Sequence record: NC_031047.1
Direction: 5' to 3' (one strand)
DNA length: 64,000 nucleotides
Source: Escherichia phage HY03
Shown: one piece after another, positions 21,918 to 30,358 of the stretch
How positions within the stretch are numbered: position 1 is the first letter of the stretch
Layout of the letters: each line of letters begins with the position of its first letter
The notes under the pieces: generated by a model
Seen by the model: the letters and a program-made list of their open reading frames with translations, nothing else
Told to the model about the DNA's origin: nothing
Databases searched by the model: none
Position numbers and translations under genes: made by a program

Positions 21918-22208
21918 TTATTTGCGGAATGAAATGAAAGCAGAAACTGAAGCAACTAAACTGTCTTCAATATAAACTTCAATTTTTACCGGAGCTTCTG
22001 ACTCAAATTTACCTGTTACTACACCCTGAAAAATACTTTCAGTCTGTTCTGGCTTTGAAAAATTTTCAGAAGGAAAAATTCCGAACTTTTTATCTGTTCC
22101 AAAAATTTTAATAAATTCATCGTAAACCGCTTCGTTAAAAGCATTATCAGCAGGAATAACGCCTTCAACTACAAGTTCTTGACCTAAAAAGCGTAAAGAA
22201 GATTTCAT
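21918..22208 (-). CDS. hypothetical early protein
   Basis: 96-aa ORF with GAGGA RBS and its own minus-strand early promoter. Confidence 0.6.
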   Translation of the reverse strand: MKSSLRFLGQELVVEGVIPADNAFNEAVYDEFIKIFGTDKKFGIFPSENFSKPEQTESIFQGVVTGKFESEAPVKIEVYIEDSLVASVSAFISFRK

Positions 22209-22239
22209 TTTGTGTTCCTCATGTTATGTCAGTAAGACT

Positions 22240-22269
22240 ACTATAACACAACACGAGGGACTTGTAAAC
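22240..22269 (-). promoter_or_regulatory. T4-type early promoter on the minus strand
   Basis: Minus strand reads GTTTAC, 18 nt, TATAGT upstream of the 96-aa gene. Confidence 0.6.
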
Positions 22270-22591
22270 TACATTTTGAACTTTTTAGTACGCGTAATAG
22301 GCATGCGTCGATTTTATACTGTTTCATTGTTTGAAGAGCAGTATCAAAAACAGCATTAATGACACCAATTGGATTTCCACCCAAGTTTTTAAGCTTAACT
22401 AATGATAGTTTCTAGTTTCTCATTAACACCTATCATTACGATATGCATCATTTTGTCGCCTGGTTTAACGTTTTATCTGTATCACCGCCAGAGGTGTATG
22501 TACAAAATCTAAATCCAGGAAGCACGCTTTCTTCGCCGGCTTGAATAGCAAAAATTTGTGGTATTTTATGCTTAGGATTTAAGTTAACAAC

Positions 22592-22607
22592 CGGCGCCGA
22601 AGCGCCG
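22592..22607 (-). other. GC stem-loop with UUCG loop 3' of the 214-aa ORF
   Basis: CGGCGC-CGAA-GCGCCG; no U-tract on either strand. Confidence 0.4.
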
Positions 22608-22636
22608 TCAAATAATTATGTAATAAGTTCCATGAT

Positions 22637-23281
22637 TTATCCTTGAACGAACTTGTAAGGCATGTTTGCAATATCTATGCAAGACGCAATAATTCCAAGA
22701 GATGATTCTACTTTCTGTTTAACATTTGATGAAACAAATGATGCAAAGTCAACTCTGTCTTCTATTTCAATATCACCTGTCATTGCAACTACTTCACCAG
22801 TTTCCATTAGACGGTCACCGTCATAAATTACTGATTCGGTGAGTTCTTCCGTAGTCATAACTTCAGCTTGAATGAGTTTTGTATTATTAAATGTTGTTCC
22901 GTCATTATTAGAAGCATCAGTTATTTTATTAACTTTGACCATCAATCCACGTGGTAGAATAACTTCAGCTTCTGTTGCTATTCCGAGACTTCCTGGATAT
23001 ACAACATTAACTTTATGAGCTCCATCAATTGCCCATCCTATTTGAACTTTAACGTATTCAGGATTTTCTTTATACGCTCTTATTTCGTTTGGATTAATAG
23101 TTATTCCTTCTTCATTTTTATCAACTGTCAATTCATTACGAGCTTCTGGTTCTAAAAGACCGATACCAGCATGTGTAATTCCAAAACGTCCAAAAATGAT
23201 AGGAGTTAAAGAAGTAGATACAAAATTTCTGAAATAGAACACTTTATTTTTAACTAATGCTTCGTATATAGGAGCAGTCAA
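22637..23281 (-). CDS. hypothetical protein, possibly a 5'-truncated gene remnant at the synteny breakpoint
   Basis: 214-aa ORF whose only start is TTG without RBS; in-frame stop 6 codons upstream; abuts the divergent 116-aa gene. Confidence 0.45.
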   Translation of the reverse strand: MTAPIYEALVKNKVFYFRNFVSTSLTPIIFGRFGITHAGIGLLEPEARNELTVDKNEEGITINPNEIRAYKENPEYVKVQIGWAIDGAHKVNVVYPGSLGIATEAEVILPRGLMVKVNKITDASNNDGTTFNNTKLIQAEVMTTEELTESVIYDGDRLMETGEVVAMTGDIEIEDRVDFASFVSSNVKQKVESSLGIIASCIDIANMPYKFVQG

Positions 23282-23282
23282 T

Positions 23283-23633
23283 ATGAAAGGTAATGTTTAT
23301 TTAGTAGTTCATGATTTAACATTCTATTTTAATCATAATGATACTGTTATTTCTGAACGTGTAATTAATTTGCTTTATCAGCATGCAGATTATGTTTATG
23401 TCGAAAACGAATATGGTCATTGGCAATTTCTCAAAAATCGTTCATTTGGTTTAGATGGTTACGAATATTTTGATCGTAAAGACCTTTTAGATACAATTCC
23501 GTTATCTACACAATATCAAAATCATAAGTCTTTACATAAATGCCGGCTAATTCGAAATGCTGAATCCGCGTATGAAGCAATTGATTTATGGCGTAAACGC
23601 CGTGAACAGATTGATGCTTTAAAAGAATATTAA
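23283..23633 (+). CDS. hypothetical protein
   Basis: 116-aa ORF with AGGAG RBS, immediately upstream of the structured RNA locus. Confidence 0.65.
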   Translation: MKGNVYLVVHDLTFYFNHNDTVISERVINLLYQHADYVYVENEYGHWQFLKNRSFGLDGYEYFDRKDLLDTIPLSTQYQNHKSLHKCRLIRNAESAYEAIDLWRKRREQIDALKEY

Positions 23634-23639
23634 GAAACC

Positions 23640-23940
23640 GGGTCGCTACCGGTAAGTCGTCGGACTGATGTTCCCTGGAGTATAGTTTCCTCCCACAGTT
23701 TTACTGTGTTCTGGCTCTTTACTATTACAGCAGAAACGGCGCACCGAATTATCGATTCGAGGAAATATCTTTGCCATAAGCCGAGTAGCGTTTTTGACGG
23801 AACGTTCGGATATGGTCGAGATATGGCCTTTTAAAAATATTGAGTAGCGTCAACTACTTAATAACCGGGTTCAAATCCCGGCGTTTCGTACAAACACTTG
23901 CCTTAGCAGGTGGAACCCCGACAAGGTTGCCGCAAGGCTT
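23640..23940 (+). ncRNA. structured non-coding RNA locus (tRNA-cluster remnant or stable small RNA); contains a tRNA-like T-arm
   Basis: 300 nt without ORF, GC-richer than flanks, several hairpins, canonical T-arm CCGGG-TTCAAAT-CCCGG at 23865-23881, GNRA-capped helices. Confidence 0.4.
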
Positions 23941-23969
23941 AGCCCTGACCGAAAGGTTGGGGCTTTTTA
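23941..23969 (+). terminator. intrinsic terminator: 10-bp stem, GAAA loop, U5 tail
   Basis: AGCCCTGACC-GAAA-GGTTGGGGCT followed by TTTTT. Confidence 0.8.
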
Positions 23970-24043
23970 GTTTGAATCACTCAGAGAATGCTGTTACGGA
24001 TAATAAATAATTAATAACCAATAAATTATTTCAAGGATTTTAA

Positions 24044-24607
24044 ATGAAAACCTATGCCGAATTTTTAACTGAAGCAGCAAAATTACCATCTGAAGCAGAT
24101 CTTACTAAAGTATTCTTCCACTTGGACCCAAAAGACCGGGGCGATTTTCTTAAGTGGAAAGCTAAAGCTATTGAAATGTATAACATCGATAACAGTTCTT
24201 TTACGATGAGCCAAGAAAATAGTTTCAATAAAGCATTTTTCAAAATTTCTAAGAAATTGGCATCTGGCGCTCAGGTTTCTAAATCTGCATTAGCTACTCC
24301 TGAACGTGCACCTGTTAAAATTTCTAAGAATATGTTTGACACTAAAAAATATGTCAATGCTTTGAATAAAGCTCTTGATGCATTGGATGATGCAAAGAAG
24401 GCAGCCCGCGATCTTCAAGACGTGTATACCGATTTTGATCGTAAAACTAAAGGTTCTATTTCAAATAGCGAACGCAATAGTGTAAGTGTTTATTCTGATA
24501 GCCTTGATGTTCTTGGCGATGCATATACTGAAATTAAAAATCGTATTAACACCGCATCTAAGCTAAAAGCTGCTGCAGAAGCTATAATAACTAAACTAGG
24601 TAAATAA
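24044..24607 (+). CDS. internal protein-like capsid-targeted protein (N-terminal CTS MKTYAEFLTEA)
   Basis: 187-aa ORF beginning with the T4 IP capsid-targeting sequence, predicted gp21 cleavage after LTEA. Confidence 0.8.
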   Translation: MKTYAEFLTEAAKLPSEADLTKVFFHLDPKDRGDFLKWKAKAIEMYNIDNSSFTMSQENSFNKAFFKISKKLASGAQVSKSALATPERAPVKISKNMFDTKKYVNALNKALDALDDAKKAARDLQDVYTDFDRKTKGSISNSERNSVSVYSDSLDVLGDAYTEIKNRINTASKLKAAAEAIITKLGK

Positions 24608-24615
24608 TTTTAAAT

Positions 24616-24640
24616 CCCTATCTAAATGATAGGGCTTTTT
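24616..24640 (+). terminator. stem-loop CCCTATC-TAAAT-GATAGGG with T-run
   Basis: 7-bp stem then CTTTTT. Confidence 0.6.
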
Positions 24641-24762
24641 GGTATCTAGGCCTTTCCGGGCCTCTCTAGGCATCATTTAGTTTATATCCTTTATAATATA
24701 TTATCCTACCTTTTAATTGCCCCTCCCCGCCCTAAAATTCCCTAAAAATTTTTCACAAAACT

Positions 24763-24792
24763 GTTTACATCCCTGTTCTTCTATGGTACTAT
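24763..24792 (+). promoter_or_regulatory. T4-type early promoter (GTTTAC, 18 nt, TACTAT) with A/T-rich UP region
   Basis: Part of the repeated promoter-leader cassette family. Confidence 0.7.
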
Positions 24793-24835
24793 ATCAATAT
24801 CAACTACTGATACAGAAAACAACTTGGAGAATAAA

Positions 24836-25099
24836 ATGGATAATTACGGTGAACTGTTCAACTTCTTTATGAAATGTGTTTCAGAAGATTTCGGTCGTAC
24901 AGTGAATGATATTAAAGTTATCGGTCCTGATCATCCGATGTTTGAAACTTACGCAGTAATGGGTAATGAAGATGGTCAGTGGTATACTGTAAAGGTTGTG
25001 ATTAACATGTTCACTGCTGAAGGTTATGTTAAACTGTCTTCTAAAGTTTACCATGATAACGATGAAATCGCAGAAGAATATTTCAATAATATGAAATAA
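24836..25099 (+). CDS. hypothetical protein
   Basis: 87 aa from ATG with GGAGA RBS (ORF track starts at upstream TTG). Confidence 0.65.
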   Translation: MDNYGELFNFFMKCVSEDFGRTVNDIKVIGPDHPMFETYAVMGNEDGQWYTVKVVINMFTAEGYVKLSSKVYHDNDEIAEEYFNNMK

Positions 25100-25167
25100 T
25101 TGTGTACAAACACCAAGGACGGTGTTATTATAGACTTATCAAAACAAATACAGAAACGGAGAAATAA

Positions 25168-25332
25168 ATGACTACTTTAATTATTTGGTTTGACGAAAAT
25201 GAAGAAACATACTGCGTGAACATTGGCGAAAGCCCAATGCCAGAATTTGAATCTTCGGATAAAAACTCGGTTGTATCTTGGGCTGAAGGTTATAAAGCAG
25301 CAAAAGGCGATGTTGAAATAGTTTACAAATAA
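25168..25332 (+). CDS. small acidic hypothetical protein (54 aa)
   Basis: ATG with GGAG RBS at 7-nt spacing; below the ORF track length cutoff. Confidence 0.45.
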   Translation: MTTLIIWFDENEETYCVNIGESPMPEFESSDKNSVVSWAEGYKAAKGDVEIVYK

Positions 25333-25375
25333 TACTCTTATGGATTTTAAATCTTAATTAACCTAAGGAAATACT

Positions 25376-25969
25376 ATGAACACACTGAAGAAAATTGTTG
25401 AGTTTATTCGCACTAAACTTGGTTCTGCTATGGCTAAAAATTTATCCGTTGAAGAACAGTATACTGCTGCGGCAGCAAAACTACTTGATAAGATTAAAGA
25501 TCTAAAAACTGCTTCTGTTAAATCTATTAATGAAGAAAAGCGTATTCGTGAACTTATTGTCGAAAAGAATAAGCAGGCCGAATCAAAAGAGCGTGAAATT
25601 CGCAAGCTTCTTTCTGAAGGTCAAGATGTAACAATGCATGCTAAACTTGGTTTGCTATATCGTCGAACAGCTGAACAGTTGACTACTAAAGCTGATGGTT
25701 ATGCTGAAATGCGAATTGAAATCGCCAAGAAAGTAGTTGAGTTAGATGATGCTCGCCAAGAACTTGCAGTTAAATTGGAATATATCCGTGAAACTCGTGC
25801 AGCAAATGCCCTTGGAATTAGTACTGCTGATGATGTAGTTGAAATTGCAGCGCTGACTAAGGTTGATATTGAAGATACTCTTGCTCGAGTTGAAACCTTT
25901 AATGGTAATATTTCTGGGGTTGAAACTACCTCTGCCGATGTTCAGGAATACATTAATTCTCTGAAATAA
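25376..25969 (+). CDS. coiled-coil protein, tentatively PspA/IM30 (Vipp1)-like
   Basis: 197-aa all-helical heptad-rich protein whose pattern resembles PspA; assignment from memory only. Confidence 0.5.
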
Positions 25970-26010
25970 TGATAAGGGGCTTAGGCCCCTATTACTTGGA
26001 GTAAATAGGA

Positions 26011-26619
26011 ATGAAAATGCAAAGTGATTTCAATTCAATGTTTGAAGAGTTCCAAAGACAGGTTGATGTTCCAGACCAATTGCTAAATGCTCTTAAACGC
26101 ATGGCAGAAGGACGTAATTATTATTGGGGTTCTTCATATGAAACAGACGAAAGCCTTTCTGGAAGATTTTCCAGAGGTAAAAAGTCTTTAATACGTCCTG
26201 GAATACTTATTAACAGTATTGAATCAATTTATTCATTGACATGCGATTTTGATGTTGAATTTACTGATTTCATTTCTCCTGAATGGACAGTTTGTTATTT
26301 AAACGACGATTTTGATTATCTCGGTGTTTATAGTTTAAGTGACGCATGGTTTAAACGTAACTTACAAAAGTCAAATTTATTCTATATTGATACTACAGTA
26401 AAATTTCAGGGAAAGAAATATTTCTTTACTCTTATAGTTGATTCTGAAACGAAGCATGAAAATAAACGTATTCTTAGTAAAAGAAATATCTTGAATATTG
26501 TTGATGATCTTTTTGATAAATTAGTGGAAAATCCTAATTTTGAAAGTGATTTATTACTAGAAAAATTTGTTAAGGAATGTAGAGAATATGTCAAAACCAT
26601 CACTATACCTTCCAAGTAA
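26011..26619 (+). CDS. hypothetical protein with C-terminal FVKECRE motif
   Basis: 202-aa ORF; C-terminal motif shared with the next three genes. Confidence 0.65.
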   Translation: MKMQSDFNSMFEEFQRQVDVPDQLLNALKRMAEGRNYYWGSSYETDESLSGRFSRGKKSLIRPGILINSIESIYSLTCDFDVEFTDFISPEWTVCYLNDDFDYLGVYSLSDAWFKRNLQKSNLFYIDTTVKFQGKKYFFTLIVDSETKHENKRILSKRNILNIVDDLFDKLVENPNFESDLLLEKFVKECREYVKTITIPSK

Positions 26620-26980
26620 ACCGTTGAAGTATGAATTAAAGCGTCAGATAATTTCTACTGATGTATTAATAGGTCCTGTTATACTTATATCATTTGTAAT
26701 TCTATTGATTATTGGAGGTGTTTTAGATGTTATGACTGATATTGATTCTGGCGAAATACTTGTGTTAATGCTAATTCTTCCATTAATAGTTCCATTTTTA
26801 TTAGTACCTATAAATTGGGTAGGATACTGGTATCAAGGAAGGCATTATCGTAAACGTGTACGTGATTGGAAAGCACAGTGTAAAAAGATTAAAAAGGAAC
26901 ACCAGCTTAAACTTGCTGCGTATGAATTTGATGAAATTATGAAATTTGTTAAGGAATCACGATGCAAAAGCCAAAACTAA
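26588..26980 (+). CDS. small membrane protein (2 predicted TM helices), paralog family
   Basis: 130 aa from ATG; hydrophobic core; C-terminal FVKESRCK motif. Confidence 0.65.
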   Translation: MSKPSLYLPSKPLKYELKRQIISTDVLIGPVILISFVILLIIGGVLDVMTDIDSGEILVLMLILPLIVPFLLVPINWVGYWYQGRHYRKRVRDWKAQCKKIKKEHQLKLAAYEFDEIMKFVKESRCKSQN

Positions 26981-27324
26981 ATAAAGTCAAATATTCGCTT
27001 CCTGAGTCATTTTTAATTTTTGCTGTGGCGTTGGCTGCAGCTCTTGCAGGTAGTATTTTTGGATTGTTAATTGACTGTCTTATTTTAAACATCGACGACA
27101 CAGTAAATATAACAGAAGTTTGGAGTGAGCTTTGTTATACTAAAATTATTTCATTGTTTTCATTCTTTGGTACAATGTTATATTTTCATTATGATAATTT
27201 TAAAATAAATTGGCAAAGAAAAAAGGATTACAAAATACAATTAAAAGAATATAACAACTACGTGTCTTATATTGAAAAAGAATCAATGGAAGAGTTTGTG
27301 AGTGATTGTAGGAAAATCAAATGA
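26962..27324 (+). CDS. small membrane protein, paralog family
   Basis: 120 aa; TM segments; C-terminus EEFVSDCRKIK. Confidence 0.65.
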   Translation: MQKPKLNKVKYSLPESFLIFAVALAAALAGSIFGLLIDCLILNIDDTVNITEVWSELCYTKIISLFSFFGTMLYFHYDNFKINWQRKKDYKIQLKEYNNYVSYIEKESMEEFVSDCRKIK

Positions 27325-27809
27325 TTTTAAAAACTCGCTGGTATGATTTAGATGATGGGGATGATGGCATTTCAGTTGATAGAGTTGATTGGAATGGTTG
27401 TTCCGAAGATACAAAGAAACGATTAATTAGGGAGTTTAGAATGGGATATCAAGCAGCTAAACCATTTACTGTAACAGATGATAAATTCGTGTGTATTCAA
27501 AATGGTCGCGCTAAGTTAACGAATGCCGATTGGTTCACAGATAAGAAGGTTATTCTGTGGTATATCATTAGTCTTCCTATATCATCGTTCGTATTTTACT
27601 TTTTTATAAAAAATCCAATGGACAGAATAGGAGATTGGGTTCTTTTAACTATACTTGTTAATATTTTTACAGCAGCAGTATTATCAGGAATATGGCGTAT
27701 GTTCATTGAAATGCCATGGCGTTTACGCAGACAGCAAAAGATTTTTGATGAAAAGAAATATGCTCAAAATTTAAATAACTTTATCACTGAATGCAGGAAA
27801 TTAAAATGA
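27321..27809 (+). CDS. small membrane protein, paralog family
   Basis: 162 aa; TM segments; C-terminus NNFITECRKLK; ATGA overlap with previous gene. Confidence 0.65.
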   Translation: MILKTRWYDLDDGDDGISVDRVDWNGCSEDTKKRLIREFRMGYQAAKPFTVTDDKFVCIQNGRAKLTNADWFTDKKVILWYIISLPISSFVFYFFIKNPMDRIGDWVLLTILVNIFTAAVLSGIWRMFIEMPWRLRRQQKIFDEKKYAQNLNNFITECRKLK

Positions 27810-28246
27810 AAACATTATCAGCTGGTATTATCTTCATGACAGAAGATAAAGATTTATTTATGGGTCGGGTTACTGGTTCTCGTAAGCCTGGAATGATGGC
27901 ACATCGCTGGGATATTCCAAAGGGACGTGTAGAAAGTTCTGATTTGAATGCACTGGAAGCTGCAAAAAGAGAATGCTTAGAAGAGACCGGTTTTAGCAAT
28001 TATAATCCAGACCTTCTAGAAGACCTAGGTGTATTTAAATATTCTAGTAATAAAGACTTACAGTTATTTTATTATACGATTCCAGTAGAGCATGAGATGT
28101 TTAGAAATTGCCATTGTGAGTCTTATTTTGAAAATAAAGATGGTGTTATGATTCCAGAGATGGACGCTTTTGCTCTTATTCCTCGTACTCAGTGGCAATA
28201 TGTGATGGGTCCTTCACTTTACCGAATAATGAACAACCTCTTTTAA
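27791..28246 (+). CDS. nudE: Nudix hydrolase NudE (e.1)
   Basis: 151 aa; Nudix box GRVESSDLNALEAAKRECLEETGF. Confidence 0.85.
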   Translation: MQEIKMKTLSAGIIFMTEDKDLFMGRVTGSRKPGMMAHRWDIPKGRVESSDLNALEAAKRECLEETGFSNYNPDLLEDLGVFKYSSNKDLQLFYYTIPVEHEMFRNCHCESYFENKDGVMIPEMDAFALIPRTQWQYVMGPSLYRIMNNLF

Positions 28247-28777
<531 letters not shown>

Positions 28778-28781
28778 AGCT

Positions 28782-28811
28782 GTTTACTTTCTCTTAGAAT
28801 TGTGATAGTAT
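28782..28811 (+). promoter_or_regulatory. early promoter (GTTTAC, 18 nt, TAGTAT)
   Basis: Directly after the e stop, upstream of the second IP-like gene. Confidence 0.65.
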
Positions 28812-28870
28812 ATTCACAGTTACTTGAATAGACAATTACCAATTAAAATATTTACATTTAAAGGAAACAC

Positions 28871-29344
28871 ATGAAAACATATCAAGAATTTATTACTGAA
28901 GCAGCTATTAATTCTCAAATTATTGCTGAATCTTTTACTGATCTTTTGAAATTTAAAAAAGGACAGAAAATCACTGCTGTATTGGATGATGGTACAGAAG
29001 TTGAGATGGATGTACAGGGATATAATTATGCAGTAGATGGAAAACTGTATAATAAATCTCATGCTAAATTTGATTCATTTGACGACTTTGTTAATACAGT
29101 TGAAGATGAAAAAACTCGTCGATCCATTGCAACTGGTGATGCTAAGGTTCTTATGGCACATGGTCATGAACGCATTCGCGCTAAACAGAATAAAATGGGT
29201 GAAGATAATTTTGCATTAGTTGGTTATCAATCTGGTAAGCAAACTTATGGCTATCAGCGTACTGCTACCATGTATAATAAAAATGGTAAAATCGCTTTCG
29301 TGAATAGTAAAGGTTCTATTCAGTACGTTAAATCGTTCAAATAA
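28871..29344 (+). CDS. internal protein-like capsid-targeted protein (CTS MKTYQEFITEA)
   Basis: 157 aa with canonical IP capsid-targeting sequence. Confidence 0.8.
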   Translation: MKTYQEFITEAAINSQIIAESFTDLLKFKKGQKITAVLDDGTEVEMDVQGYNYAVDGKLYNKSHAKFDSFDDFVNTVEDEKTRRSIATGDAKVLMAHGHERIRAKQNKMGEDNFALVGYQSGKQTYGYQRTATMYNKNGKIAFVNSKGSIQYVKSFK

Positions 29345-29437
29345 TATGGGAACAACCTGGACCTCATGATTCTGTGAGGGATTCCCGCCAACCTGTAATA
29401 AGGTCGAGCCCAAGTGCGGTAATGGGTAAATACAGAA

Positions 29438-30025
29438 ATGGACAATTCATGCGCCATGGAATGGCCCAAACCTAGAGAGAACAAAATGAGAACATTTTTA
29501 ACTGGTCCTTATCTATCCCTGATGAATGCTTTTACACACCATTCTGATGCTAGAGTAGAAGAAATTTGTAAAAACGATTATATCCCGCCATTTGAAGACT
29601 TACTTAAGCAGTATTGCACACTTCGACTAGATGGTGGACGTCAATCCGGTAAATCAACTGCAGTAACTAATTTTGCCGCTAATTGGTTGTATGACGGTGG
29701 AACAGTTATTGTTCTTTCTAATACTTCAGCTTACGCTAAAATTTCTGCAAATAGCATCAAAAAGGAATTTTTGCGTTATTCTAATGATGATATACGTTTT
29801 CGTTTATTTACTGATTCTGTGCGCAGTTTTATCGGTAATAAAGGAAGCAAGTTCAGAGGTTTAAAGCTTTCGCGAATTTTGTATATAATTGATGAGCCTG
29901 TCAAATCTCCTGATATGGATAAGATTTATAGTGTCCATATTGACACTGTACACTGCTGCTGTAATATTAAATGTTGTATTGGTGGTATTACTCGTCCACA
30001 GTTTTTCGTAATCGGAATGCAATGA
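29438..30025 (+). CDS. hypothetical P-loop protein at the position where T4 has denV
   Basis: Walker A-like GGRQSGKST; start ambiguous (ATG at 29438, 29456 or 29486); no similarity to endonuclease V as recalled. Confidence 0.55.
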   Translation: MDNSCAMEWPKPRENKMRTFLTGPYLSLMNAFTHHSDARVEEICKNDYIPPFEDLLKQYCTLRLDGGRQSGKSTAVTNFAANWLYDGGTVIVLSNTSAYAKISANSIKKEFLRYSNDDIRFRLFTDSVRSFIGNKGSKFRGLKLSRILYIIDEPVKSPDMDKIYSVHIDTVHCCCNIKCCIGGITRPQFFVIGMQ

Positions 30026-30351
30026 TGACAGACACTCAGCTTTTCGAATATCTTTATTTTTCGCCAAAAACTATTAAAAATAAATTAGTGAATCATTTTG
30101 AAATTTTGGCAAATAACAACGTCTTGAGCGAATTTTATCCTAAGCAATACAAATTACAAAAAGGCGTATTCAAAGGATGCAGAGTTTTGTGTACTGCTCC
30201 TAATGCACGGCTAATGAATAAAATTCCATATTTTACCATGGAATTTATTGATGGGCCTTTTAAAGGACTAATCACCCAAAGTTTAATGGCATATGATTCT
30301 GAGCCATTTTTAATTAAAGAACAATCTTGGATAAATTTATTTTCTAATTGA
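30025..30351 (+). CDS. hypothetical protein
   Basis: 108 aa from ATG overlapping the upstream stop (ATGA). Confidence 0.55.
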   Translation: MTDTQLFEYLYFSPKTIKNKLVNHFEILANNNVLSEFYPKQYKLQKGVFKGCRVLCTAPNARLMNKIPYFTMEFIDGPFKGLITQSLMAYDSEPFLIKEQSWINLFSN

Positions 30352-30358
30352 GGTTTAT

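Noticed and set aside
23817-23889. Candidate 73-nt tRNA gene built around the canonical T-arm
   Set aside because: The acceptor stem pairs only 5-6 of 7 positions including wobbles, there is no D-arm, and the anticodon-like loop is 6 nt. I treat it as a tRNA-like remnant or RNA element, not a tRNA gene.
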